A stretch of 64,000 nucleotides of DNA. It comes from Mobula hypostoma (lineage: Eukaryota). Below, piece after piece: positions 13,041 through 25,985 of the stretch; the stretch's first letter is position 1; each line of letters starts with the position of its first letter. A model generated the notes under the pieces. The model made no database searches, was not told the origin of the DNA, and saw only the letters and a list, made by a program, of their open reading frames with translations. The position numbers and the translations under genes were made by a program. Location: assembly GCF_963921235.1 (NCBI RefSeq), contig NC_086108.1, positions 64,296,001-64,360,000 on the forward strand. Reading direction: 5' to 3'.

Positions 13041-14704
13041 TGTGTTTGTTAACTATTTGATAGATTCTGTGTATTTTACAATATTGATGCTACCTTTCTA
13101 TCTTATATTCCAGTTTGCATTAGATATTGCGAGTCCATGCTTCACACAGTTATTATTGGAATTAGTGTTCTTTCTGACACAGCCAGGAAATAGGGAAGCT
13201 GACTCATTCAATGTACTATGTTCTCTAGTGGTTTATTAAGTTAAGCACTACAAGATGAGACTCTAACATTTGGCCACCATTTCAAGGTGACAAGTTTGAT
13301 GTCTGCCAATCAGAGCCAAGCCAATAGTTGGCACGACATAAAATAAAAACAGATGTCTTCTGGGAAGTAGATCAGACGGCAACTGTGGAGAGAAGGAAAT
13401 TATTAAAGTTTTGACTATAAACTTCACAAGAAGTAGAAGATATTACAGAAGAACAGTTTATAACCTGGGGTGACATAATTGGGCTTCACTACGCTTGGAC
13501 TGAAGAGGAAGGAATCGGTTACTATTTTGTTATTGCTATCTGGTGACACATACTGGAAGGTACACAAATGTGAATAGCAGATTAAAAGACTTGGATAGCA
13601 TCCACTGTCAAACAATCTGCTGAGACTCACTGCCCCGCCTCGCACAAGGCTGGGCACTTTGATGAGATACTAGAGAGCTGCATCCATCCATGAAATCATG
13701 TCCCAGCAAGAGTCTGGGAAACAATGGAGAAAACTGAGCAGGAAATGTTATTCATATGAGAACATAGATTCAAGTTTTCATGAGGGAAAGCATTTTAAGT
13801 ATCACGAAAGGCAGGAACCTCTGGGACCTTTCATTAATTTGGGCAAACTCTGTTTCTCTACCCATTGGGGTTGGCTTGCCTGCTGTATACTTCCTGCATT
13901 TTGTGTTTTTATTACAGATTTCCAACATCTGCGGTTTTTTTTGTTTCAGTTCATTTTAAAAACATCACATTTATATAGCACATTGCAGCTTTGAAACTGA
14001 GTTCTTCTTTGCAGCCAAGTCACATTTCAGGATGAAACTATAATGTTGATAGGTATAAGAATACAAGCTCAAACATGGTGAGCAAGAAAATTTGCAGTAG
14101 TTTCAATGTAAAAATATAGCAATTTAAAATGCTTCTAGTGAAAGCTATGATTTGAAGGAGGTAATTAGGCTGAAAGTGCAGTAGAACACTAAGAATCAAG
14201 CTGTAGAGATCTTCAACGTTCTTCAGTATTATGTACATGAAATCTTTAAAGGGAGTACATAAGTTGAAGAGATAATTTTTATTTTCTAATGGAGTGCCTG
14301 CCTCAAGATCATTTTATTTTTCATGCTTTATTTGAAGAGGGACATGATATTTTTTTTTCATCTATAAAGGATGTAACCTTTGCTGGAAGACTACTTGGCC
14401 ATACCTTGTAACTAATCATTTCTGTTTATATTTAAACACATCTGTGTTCGATTTTAGGAAATAATTGATTGCTGAAAATTTCTTTTCTAATCCTTCTTTT
14501 AAAAACTGCTTTGTCACAAATGGAAAATTTAAACCCACCATAATTAAGCAGGTGGTCAGGGTTGTGAGAAGCAAGTGTATTAATCATTACCTCTCCCTAT
14601 TGTTCAGAACAGGAGGAGTGAACCCCTGCAACATGTTAAGAATTGTGGTCTTGATAGTTTGAATATTTCACAATTAATTCTATTTCATTTTTTTGATTAA
14701 AATT

Positions 14705-14890
14705 TTAGATTAGATTAAGTTACAATAGTGGCACTTAAAAGGCTGTTAGACACATTAATATGCAGGGAATGGAGAGGTAAGGAGCAAGTACAGACAGATG
14801 AGAATTAGTTTAATACGATATCATGTTCAGCACACATATTGTGAGCTGAAGGGCAAAATTTCCTGTGCTGTACTTTCTACCTCCCATGTA
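14705..14890 (+). mobile_element. Old CR1 3' end remnant
   Basis: cacttaaaaggctgttagac...gtgagctgaagggc...cctgtgctgtactttcta resembles the CR1 3' UTR seen elsewhere in the window. Confidence 0.65.
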
Positions 14891-15031
14891 CTAAATATAA
14901 AATATTGTATTTTTCTTCTATCATTTGTATTTGAAGCTACACCTACTGTCTATTTTTTTTTCACAAACCTCTGACTTTTATTGTACTGACTACCTCCCAA
15001 TTCTTTTACAAAACTATCTCTTGAATTATAA

Positions 15032-15160
15032 GCAACACACATAAAAGTTGCTGGTGAACACAGCAGGCCAGGCAACATCTCCAGGAAGAGGTGCAGTCGA
15101 CGTTTCGGGCCCAGACCCTTCGTCAGGACTAACTGAAAGAAGAGCTAGTAAGAGATTTTA
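15032..15160 (-). mobile_element. Short PLE terminal-repeat fragment, possible 8-bp TSD
   Basis: Near-identical to the 109-265 and 60453-60620 termini. aattataa occurs at 15024-15031 and 15161-15168. Confidence 0.85.
15094..15131 (-). ncRNA. Minimal type I hammerhead ribozyme motif (PLE-associated), core intact
   Basis: Minus strand reads UAGUC-CUGACGA-A-GGGUCUGGGCCC-GAAA-CG-UC-GACUG: conserved boxes, stem II hairpin, stem I UAGUC/GACUG, palindromic ACGU at stem/loop III, GUC cleavage triplet. Activity is not shown. Confidence 0.7.
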
Positions 15161-16671
15161 AATTATAACTTTGGCTACCTCCTCTAGTTCCTTCTACCTA
15201 CCCATGCCCTTATGAAGCTCCTTGAGACAATTTGCTTCATTATATATGCCCTAAATTGTGGTTGGTGCAAAGTACATTTACAATAATTGTCACTGCATTG
15301 TGTAATCCCTATGAAGCCATCGGAATGAACATACAGAATATGAAATAATATAATTTTATACATCAATATTTCATATATAGTCACTTTAATTTTAATTCTT
15401 TTAATATAAATAAGTATTCCTTTCAGCACAAAGCTTAGCCTATGGTTGGATGCAAGTGAATATCTTCCAGGTCAGAGAGAAATGTAAACCAGACAGTACT
15501 ACTCAAGATCTGCCAGCACCTACTTAGTAAGTTCCATTCTCATGCTGGTATCTACAGTAAGCTGATGACCTAAGTGATTTGGTTCATCATTATGTATTTA
15601 CTGGTCTTAAATGAATTCTGGAACACCCTTTTACTCTGCCCTTTGGCATGCTGAAGTATTGGACTTGGCAGTACAAAGTAATAATGCATGAGAGCCAAGG
15701 GCAAGAAATCTGCCTGAAACAGGTGGAGAACTAGCATGATACCACTGCACGAAATGTCCAAGAGCAGTGCCTCCTGTTAATTGGGTGGTCAAGATTAGTA
15801 TATCATTAAGCGGTGAAAAGGTTTTTGCTGTCTATGTACAGTTCAGAATTGTTTAAAATTATTTTTTTTAATCGCTTATTTTTCTTCTTTCCTTCTGTTC
15901 AACTGCTCACCTGGCAAGAGATATTACTGCGTGGTGTATTTGTTCAATTTCCTTTCTGATTGGCCTACCACAGTTTCTGGTTCATTGCTGTAACCGATGG
16001 CTTCAATTCCTCCTCCTTCAATTGCCTGAATTGTAAAATACAACAAAATCACAATTGGTTCTTGTTAATATGCACGTACTGTGCTCAAAAGTCAAGGGGT
16101 AAAATTTGGAGATTGCATAGTTCATTCATGCAAGAACTTTCTTTATTATTAAATGCTATTTGCCTAATCAGTTTTTAGTCAATGATAAATAGGTTGACAT
16201 TTTGCCTCTTAGAGAGTAGTCTTCAGGTTCCTGATTTATTTTTGCTTTCAGAAGGTATGGGTTAGATTCTTAAAAATTAACAATTGCTCCTCTATGCCTT
16301 GTATTTGATGTTATTAATTAAATTATCTTGATGAAGAATAATCCTGTCTGTTGCTTGGTTTCTGGCCAGTTCTGAGAAAAAACACAAAGATATTAACTGG
16401 AGGAATAATATACAGTATATACAGTATTTTTGCTAACAAATTTCATTTCAAAAAACCAACAAAGCTCTAATTTTGAGTGTATATTTCTAGATATTTATCT
16501 TATAAGCAGGCTTTGCCTTCTATCAACTCTACTTCAGTCATTCTCTATTGCTTCCAAAACTCTCCCAAGCTGAAGCCACATTGCTCTTCCTGACAAAATT
16601 ATATGTCTCTTAATTCAGTACTTTAATTTCCCTGGTAACCATGGCTAGATAATTAACTAGAATATCAAAAG

Positions 16672-16813
16672 CAAACACGAGGAAATCTGCAGATGATGGA
16701 ATTTCAGGCAACACACATAGAAGTTGCTGGTGAACACAGCAGGCCAGGCAGCATCTCTAGGAAGAGGTACAGTCGACGTTTCGGGCCAAAACATGGACTG
16801 TACCTCTTCCTAG
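16672..16813 (-). mobile_element. Short PLE terminal-repeat insertion with fold-back inverted repeat and 13-bp TSD
   Basis: Inverted repeat 16755-16815 (ctctaggaagaggtacagtc...gactgtacctcttcctagag). agaatatcaaaag occurs at 16659-16671 and 16814-16826. Confidence 0.88.
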
Positions 16814-19724
16814 AGAATATCAAAAGTACTACTTTAATATCCAATAGCTAATAAACAATATATATTTCATGACAATATATGATATAAAGTTAGGGAGTTG
16901 TGTTATGTAATTGTGTGAGAAAATACAAGTAGCTTTTTCATTCAGAACACTGCAGTTCTATAATCTTTTTAAACATCTTTTGGCCACATCACTGATGCTC
17001 TAGAGCTCTGGTTTCAAAGTGGAGGTTGCAACCCTTATGTGGTTGTGGGATATGAAAAGCTGGTTGTTATCTCCACCCCTTTAAGTAGACTGGAAAACTT
17101 GCTATTATTGGGTCACTTGAGTGAATCGTTTGGTTAAAGTAAGTCAGATAAAAAATACTGTTCTGGAGTATGGAGTCTGCTGTGGTTGTCCAGCTGTGCA
17201 TACCAATTTTTTCTTTTGGAAAGGTCATTCACTGTGTTAGTGGATATTGTATGGGTTAACAGCTTTTATTTCATTTTAATCCTATCATTATTGATGAATC
17301 AGTAAATAAAAGATCTGTGCAGTTCTGTACTAAGTCATGCAGTTGAAGAATGCATCTATTTTGATTTATAGTAAACCAGTCTCACCCACATTTCAGTAAA
17401 ATTTCAGCAATGCCTCCTGCATCAATCAAGTTTACTGCTCCTAATTACTAGCTGTTCAATGTTGGAATTTAGTTTCATAATCACACAATGATGATCCCAT
17501 AGTTGGATAATCCTCTTACATAAGTGTATATATTCATTTTGGTACAGTGCCATAAAATATCAGGCTTGAACAAAATGTAGACCTTGCTGGAACTTAACCC
17601 TCATTTATCGCTGCTCCACTTTTGTTGATGGAAGCTCCTCCTCATTTTTGAACAGTTCTGTTGAAATGGGATGGCAGTGAAATAGAGACATCATAAGCCT
17701 CTTTCGTAAAACCAGGACTTTATCAGCCCTCTACAAAAAATCCAATCATCCACATTGCATCAGTAGTGGAAGACTATTTTAGCCATTGAACAGTACTGTT
17801 GCTCATTTCTTCAAACACAATGGTCTGCCCCATTTTCTGTAGCTGATAATTTGACTTGTCACAGACTCTTGGGACTGAGCATTCAGCTCATATCCTTGTT
17901 AGAATAGTTAAAGCATTGGAGCGAAGTACAATTTAAGGGAAGCTACCAAAAAATACCACACACTTTTTAATGTTGCTTCTTATATAATTTATAACTCTCT
18001 CTCTTTACCTTTCCTCCTCTCTAATATTCTCTTCTTTTCTCCTTCATCATTTCTCTCACTTTTCTACCTCCCTCTCTCTCTCTTTTCTCTTCCACTTCCG
18101 CCTACTCTCTTGCTCTGACATCCCAGAAGATACAGTGCTGAAACAATTGTTAGCCCATTGCAATTTACTGACAACAATTGAGCAACTAAAAGAAACACAG
18201 TTTGATTTGACATCTTGTCACAGGTCGTAGCTGTACCGTAATAGTTTAGTTCATTTCAGGGCATTGGCCGACAAAAGTTTAATCATTTAGGATAATGATA
18301 AATTTGGGGAGATGTGTGCTATACTGTGGTTTACAAATTCTGCAACATTCAGAGAAAAATTCTGAATTTTTATGAATAAATTGCCAACCTTATAATGCAA
18401 CCTCTCCCTTTATTTTTACCCAAACTATTTGGTACCACTTGATAACAGCTAGAAAAAGTATTTGCATTTATACTGCACCCTCTCACATCATTATAACTTT
18501 ATCCAAGGTTCTTCTTGGCTAATTAATTATTTTTGAATTTCATTTATTGCTTATAAGTTGGCAAATGACAGCACCCATTGTTCATAAACTAGTTTCCCAA
18601 ATTCAGAAAATGAAAACAATTGCTTGGAGTTTCTATAGTAATGATGGTGAAACTATTGGCATTTGGCACTGCTGTCATTATACTGTGAAACTGGCAGCAG
18701 CTTTGATATTCCCATGCATGTGTAGGTTAACATGGAAATCCCATAATTCCTGTGGAAGAATCTGTCCTGCACAGGCAGTACTGTTTTACAGCCATCTCCG
18801 CAACAGTCAAGGAATATAAATTAGCATGAATCTAAAGTATTTACAAGCCAGTCTCATTCTGTCCCTGAAAATGATATGCCTTGTTGCATGAAGTAACATT
18901 TTTTAAATGAATGTGAAACCATAATTATAGCTTGGCAAACTATTTTACCTGGCTATAATTAATTTTAAACTTATGAACTGTAATTCCCTCAGACAAGCAC
19001 TTCAAAATATAATAGTTCAAAATAACCATTTTCATAAAGTTATGATATCACAGTTTACTACCCAAATCATTTTCCTTTTTTAAAATTACGCATAATTTTT
19101 CCAAATATAAATTTAAATAGCTCTCTTTCATTCCTAGTTTGCTGTCTGTGAGATATCTTCAGTGTGATTGTCTGCTTAGCTAACCAGCTAACGGCAATTT
19201 CTGAGTGCTTAGCATACTGTTAGACTGATGACTGATAGTAGAGAGCACTGGGAAAAAAGGCAAGTTTTCCCATACAGATTCTAAATCTTTGAGTGCAAAG
19301 GTCAGTAGCAGACCTGCCTCCTTGTTGCTATCTGCAAAATCCTGGGGTGGGGGGGATGGGGGTAATATTGGTTCCCAAGAGATTTTGATGCTCATTTTCA
19401 TATGCTGCCATGGAATCTTTTAAACTTAAATTGAACCACTGGAATTATTAGGTTTGGTTTGATGTTTAATTTATTGAACAATTCATAAGATCTCCACTGG
19501 CCTATCAATTTATATTAGAAAACTATGTCCTCCTACCTCAGAGGCATGATTGCAACTTGATGTTATGTTATAAGAGGATGTAAATTAATTTGCCTAATGA
19601 CATTAAATACTGCAAATACTTATTAGGACAGGGAGCATCAATGCAAAGAGAACAGAAGCAAACATATCAGATCAAATCTTGAACATCATTAGAACAATGT
19701 GGTAGCATACAAACGAACACTGGT

Positions 19725-20230
19725 CAGAAGTGGGCCACTCAACTTCTCAAGTCTGCACTTCCGCGTAACAAGATCATGGCTGATTTGATGTAACATTGCA
19801 TTTACATCTACCCTGTGGACTTTACACCATTACTTATTTTCCTCTATCTATCTCTGCCTTAAAAAATTTAGATACTCCATGTCCACCATCCTTCGAGGAA
19901 GAGAGTACCAAAAACTAATGACCCTCTGAGAGAGAAAAAAGAAGTTGCCTCACTTCTATCTTAAATGGATGGTCCCCTTAGTTTAAACAGAGGCCCACAA
20001 TTCTAACTTCTTCCACAACAGGAAATATTTTCTCCACGATGCTCCTGATAAGATCTATCAGCAAATTTAATCAAGTTCCATCTCAACTCTACAAACCTAG
20101 CTTGTCCAATCAGACATTTCACATATTAGTCTAATAAATCTCTTAATTGTTTCAAATGCATTCTTTCTTTAAATAAGCCAAGTAATACAGTCAACAGTTC
20201 TCCATATGTGGTCTCACCAATGTCAAATAC
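19725..20230 (-). mobile_element. Old CR1-like LINE 3' fragment
   Basis: aagatcatggctgatttg...accctctgagagagaaaaaa...tgtggtctcaccaatg resembles the young copy at 28918-29500. Confidence 0.7.
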
Positions 20231-20389
20231 AATTAAAGCATAATATCTTTTTTTTGTTGAATTCCTCTTCAAGTAAATGATGAGATTCTGTTAGTTTTCT
20301 GAACTTTTCCCGGGGGGCTGAGGACAAAGTTGACTGGTAATAGATAATTAACACATCAGATAGGAGTAGTATCAGAAGATTCAGGGTGG

Positions 20390-22235
20390 AACTTGAGGGT
20401 GCCATTGTTCAAGAAAGGTTATAGAGATAAACCCAGGAATTATAAACCAGTGAGTCATATGTCAGTAACGGGCAAACCATTGGAGAGGATTCCTACTGAT
20501 AGGATTCTGAGAACTTCCTACAGGGGCATGATTGAGAGCATCCGGACTGGCTGCATCACTGCCTGGTATGGGAACTGTACCTCCCTTAATCACAGGACTC
20601 TGTGGAGAGTGGTGCAGACAGCCCAGCACATTTGTGGATGTGAACTTCCCACTATTCAGGACATTTACAAAGACAGGTGTGTAAAAAGGGCCCGAAGGAT
20701 TATTGGTGACCCGAGTCACCACAACCACAAATTGTTCCAGCTGCAACCACCTGGGAAATGGTTCTGCAACATGAAAGCCAGGACCAACAGGCTCTGAGAC
20801 AGCTTCTTCCAGAATGCCATCAGACTGCTTAATTTGTGCTGACACAACTATATTTCTATGTTATATTGACTATCCTGTTGTACATAATATTTATTATAAA
20901 TTACTAAAATTGCACATGCACATTTGAACAGCGATGTAATGTAAGGATTTTTACTCGATTCAATTCTGTTCAATTTATGAGCATTTGGAGAAACATAGTC
21001 TGATGAGGGATAGTCAGCATGGCTTTGTGAGAGGCAAGTCATGCCTCACAAGCTCAATCAAATTCTTCAAGGAAGTGACAAAACAAATTGATGAAGATGT
21101 TGTATAAGGAATTTAGTAAGGCATTTGAGATTGTTTCCCATAGTAGGCTCATTCAGAAAGTCAGGAGGCATGGGATCCAGGGAAAGTTGTCTGTGTGAAT
21201 TCAGAATTAACTTGCCCACGAAAGGCAAAGTGTGGTAGTAGATGAAATGTATTCTATCTGGAGGGCAGTGATCAGTAGGCTTCAACGAGGATCTGTTCTG
21301 GATCACCTGCTCTTTGTGATTTTTATAAATGACTTGGGTGAAAAAGTGGAAGGATTGGTTAATAAGTTCACAGATAACATGAAGCTTGGTGGTGTTGAAA
21401 TAGTGTAAAAGTTGTTGTACATTACAACAGGACATTAATAGGATGCAGAGCTGGGCTGAGAAGGAGTAGTTGGAGTTCAACCCAGAAAGGTGTAAAGTGG
21501 CAAACTTGGAAGATCAAACTAGAAGGTAGAGGAGGGGAATAATGGCAAGATTCTTAGCAGTGTGGAGGAACAGAGGGATTTTTAAGTCCACATCCATAGA
21601 TCCCTCAGAGTTGCCATGTAAGTTGATAGGGTGGTTATGAAAATGTTTTGTGTGTTGACCTTAGTTAGTCAGGGAAATGAGCTGAAGAGCTGCAAGGTGT
21701 TGTTGCAGCTCTTTAACACTGGGTACACCACACTTGTAGAATCATATTCATTTCTGGGTGACTAATTATAAGTAAGGATGTGGAAGCTTTAGAGAGGGTG
21801 CAGAGGAAATTCACTAGGATGCTGTCTGGATCAGAAAGCATGACCTGTGAGAATAGGTTGAGCAAGCTAATGCTTTCCTTTACTGAGTGAGGGAGGATGT
21901 CAGGTGTCTTGGTGGAGATGATAAAAGGCATAGAAAGAGTGGAGAGCCAGTGGCTTAATACAAGAGGGCATGATTTTAAGATGAGAATAAGGGGAGCTGT
22001 CAAGAGTAGGTTTTTTAGACAGTGAGTGGTGAATGCATGGAACACACTGCCAGGAGTGATTGTAAAGGCAGGTACATTATGGAGACTTAAGCGACTCTTC
22101 TGAGAGCACATAGATGACATATAAAAGAAGGACTATGTGGGAGGAAAGGGTTAGGTTGACCTTGGAATAGGTTAAACGGTGGTACAACATCATGGGCTGA
22201 AGGGACTGTACTGTGCTGTACTGTTCTACGTTCTG
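20390..22235 (+). mobile_element. CR1-like LINE ORF2 RT region to 3' end, split by a nested Rex1 fragment
   Basis: VPLFKKGYRDKPRNYKPVS, then after the insertion YEHLEKHSLMRDSQHGFVRG. 3' UTR reads gggctgaagggactgtactgtgctgtactgttcta. Confidence 0.9.
20506..20972 (+). mobile_element. Rex1/Babar-type LINE 3' fragment nested in CR1
   Basis: YRGMIESIRTGCITAWYGNC...ARRIIGDPSHHNHKLFQLQPPGK...RTNRL*DSFFQNAIRLLN. Confidence 0.88.
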
Positions 22236-23054
22236 CGACGGCTGAAAGCTGATGTATCCACATTGTGATCACTCATTCTGGTTTGTGAAATGCAGTGAAC
22301 ATAATGTGCAAAACTACAAGTTGTCCATGTAACGAACTGAAAAGAATGCTGAGCCCCTGAGAAACGGAAAGGGAGTAGTTAGGATAGCTCCTGCTTCAGT
22401 CATATAGGAACACATCATGGAAGAAGAAAGAATCAATGACGTTTGAGAATATTTTTGTTTCTTAACTTGTTGAATTAGCACATCCCCTTGCATTTCAGCA
22501 TTTAAACTCTCCTGCTTTCCAAACCATCACAGTTCTTTTCTTTAGTTGCTCTCTCCAATTGCAATTCTTTTTTTTGCATCTTAAAGTGTCTTTTTTTTTC
22601 CCTGTAACTTTTTGCAGTTTCAATAAAAAACGTCTTTTATTTACCTGTCTCTTTTGAGGTGGTGTCATTCCTGCTGAGTGTTCCCAACATTTACCGCTTT
22701 TATTTCAGACTTTCAACATTTGCACTAGTTTGCATGAAACCTTGAGTGAAAATGAACTGTTTTAATCCATGCTGGGAAAGTATATTTTTACAACCTTTAA
22801 AAATAGAAGGCAGAATATCTTGAGCTCTGAGTGTAAAAGTTCTCAGTTTGGCTCTCAAAATATGGAGAAAATCTCTTCATAAAAATTGTTTCCAAAAATC
22901 ACTGGAATATGTTCCTTCTATTTCCAGTTGGACTGTGCCTGAAGGTAGTTTTAGCATTAAGCGATTGCAATCTGAAAAGTCCACAGTGCTAAAACTAATT
23001 CACATAATATGTACAGGTATAGGCACTGATGGAGAATCATATCTGAGACACTTA

Positions 23055-23587
23055 TTCATAGAAAAGTGCAGCACTCAAACAGGCCTTTCTGCCCTTCTAG
23101 TCCAAGCTGAAACATTTAAGCAGCCTGCTCCCATTAACATGCATCTGGACCATAGCCCTCCATACACCTGTCAGCCACGTACCTATCCAAACTTCTTTTA
23201 AACCTTGAAATCGAGCTCATATGCACCATTTGCAATGGCAACTCATCCCACGCTCTCATGACTCTCTGAGTGAAGAATCTTCCCCACATGTTCCCCTTAA
23301 ACTTTTCATCTTTTACCCTTAAGCCATGACTCTAGTTGTAATCTCACCCAGCCTCAGTGTAAATCAGCTGCTTTCACTTATCCCATTTATACCCCTCATA
23401 ATTTTGTGTATCTCTATTAAATCTCCCCTCAATATTCTACGTTCCAAGGAATAAAGTCCTAACCTTTTCAATCTTTCCTTATAACTCAGGTTCACCAGTC
23501 TCAGTGACATTCTTGTAAGTTTTCTCTGCACTCTCTCACCCTTATTTTAACCTTTCCTGTAGATAGGTGACAAAAACTGCACACAAT
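23055..23587 (-). mobile_element. CR1-like LINE 3' fragment
   Basis: catagaaaagtgcagcac tail-proximal end through ggtgacaaaaactgcacacaat (the YCVQF motif on the minus strand). Confidence 0.82.
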
Positions 23588-24138
23588 CAGAACTTCAAAT
23601 ACTTGCCACTTAGCCATTTATTTAGTGAGGAGAGAGATTGCTACAACCATGACAACAGCCAGAACAGTCTTGGCCACGGTGGTAAAACATAAAATTTATA
23701 TTAAAAGATTGCAAGTTCTAATAATGCTATAGGCTGCCAGGCTGGGGGGTAATTCCTTTGTCAATTAAGTATAATGATCCTACTGGTATAAATGGATTAT
23801 AATGATTTTAGTAACATAATTTACACATAAATATATTCGACACACCACATTTCAATATGGAAAATAATTGTCACATTTTTTTGTTTGAAAATTCTCTTAT
23901 TTCTGTTTCCTCTGCTTTTTCAACAGACTGAGTATTTGACTTTACTTGCTGAAATGTGTCTGTGGGTAATATTCCCTACTTCATATCCAATAATCATTAC
24001 AATATTTATAAATGTCTTTCTCAAAAATCATCCCTTTCTTCAATGGGTCATGGAATTTCTTTGGCTAAGTTCTCCGTGAGTGAAGTCTACTTTAGCACAT
24101 CTGGAAGACCATGAGCTGTTCTTCAGGATGGCCTCCAG

Positions 24139-25985
24139 AAGAAATCCGTGAACTCCGGAAAGCCATTAAAGGTGCCAAGAGGCAATAACAAGACAAGCTG
24201 GAAGCCCAGGCTAATCAGAGGGATGCCTGTAGACTATGGCAGGGTCTAAATGAGATCACTGGGTGCAAAGAAAAGGCTGGGAATATCAATAACTGTGGAG
24301 CTTCTCTTCCTGACAAACTTAACGTATTCTACGCAAGATTCGAACAGAAGAGGAACGTCCTGCTCCCTCCGGATGAACCGGACCTGGTGGTATCGAGATT
24401 CATCGTCACTGAGGAGGACGTTAGAAGGGTCTTCCTGAAGATAAATCCAAGGAAGGCGACGGGCCCAGATGGCGTCCCAGGACGGATTCTCCGGGCCTGT
24501 GAGCTAGCTGGAGTGTTTGCTGACATCTTCAACTGCTCTTTGCTTCAGTCTAAGAGCCCCTCGTGTTTTAAGAAGGCAACGATAATCCCGGTGCCAAAGA
24601 AGAGCAAGGTGGCATGCCTGAATGACTATTGACCTGTGGCTCTGACATCAATTGCTATGAAGTGCTTCAAGCGATTGGTTATGGCACACATCAACCACAG
24701 CCTACCGGTCAGCCTCGATGCTTTACAATTCACCTACCGGAGCAACAGGTCAACAGCAGATACCATGTCTCTGGCCCTTAGAACACCTGGAGAATAAAGA
24801 CACATTCGTAAGGCTCCTTTTCATTGACTACAACTCTGCCTTTAATACCATCATTCCAAATAAACTGAGTCCTAAGCTCCGGAACCTGGGCCTTAGCACT
24901 CAGATCTGCAGCTAGATCTTCAACTTCCTCACAGACAGGACCCAGGCTGTAAAAATAGGGGACAAGCTCTCCTCTACAATCACTCTGAGCACCGGTGCCC
25001 CACAATGCTGTGTACTCAGCCTCCTGCTGTACTCACTGTACACCCATGATTGTGTAGCCAAGTTTCCATCAAACTCAATATATAAGTTTGCTGATGACAC
25101 AACAATTGTAGGCTGTATCTCGGTTAATGATGAGTTTGAGTACAGAGAGGAAATTAAGAACCTGGCGGCATGGTGCGAAGACAATAACCTATCCCTCAAC
25201 GTCAGCAAGTCGAAGGAATTGGTTGTTGACTTCAGAAGGAGTAGCGGACCTCACAACTCAATTTACATCGGCGGTGCGCAAGTGGAACAGGTCAAAAGCA
25301 TTAAGTTCCTCAGAGTCAATATCACAAATGACCTGACTTGGCCCAACCAAGCAGAGTTCACTGCCAAGAAGGCCCACCAGCGCCTTTACTTCCTAAGAAA
25401 ACTAAAGAAATTTGGCCTGTCTCCTCACTAATTTTTATAGATGCACCGTAGAAAGCATTCTTCTAGGGTGCATCACAACCTGGTATGGAAGTTGTCCTGT
25501 CCAAGACCGGAAGAAGCTGTAGAAGATCATGAACACGGTGCAGCACGTCACACAAACCAATCTTCCGTCCGTGGACTCACTTTACACCGCATGTTGTCAG
25601 AGCAGTACTTCCAGGATAATCAAGGACACGGCCCTCCCAGCCAACACACTTTTTGTCCCTCTTCCCTCCGGGAGAAGGCTCAGGAGATTGAAGACTCGTA
25701 CGGCCAGATTTGGGAACAGTTTCTTTCCAACTGTGATAAGACTGCTGAACGGATCCTGACCCGGATCTGGGCCGTACACTCCAAATATCCGGACCTGCAT
25801 CTCAGTTTTTTTGCACTACCTTACTTTCCATTTTTATATTTTTCTATTTATGATTTATAATTTAAATTTTTAATATTTACTATCTATTTGTAATCCAGGG
25901 AGCAGGAAGCACAGAATCAAAAATCGCTATGATGATTGTACATTCTAGTATCAATTGTTTGGTGACAATAAAGTATAAAGTAAAG
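24139..25985 (+). mobile_element. 5'-truncated Rex1/Babar LINE (RT to 3' tail), with several stops and frameshifts
   Basis: [58 protein letters not shown] and RFGNSFFPTVIRLLN, followed by tail aataaagtataaagtaaag. Confidence 0.93.

Noticed and set aside
13420..13545. Protein-like short frame TSQEVEDITEEQFITWGDIIGLHYAW
   Set aside because: Unrecognised, ends in a stop, has no convincing splice sites and lies between old PLE-like termini.
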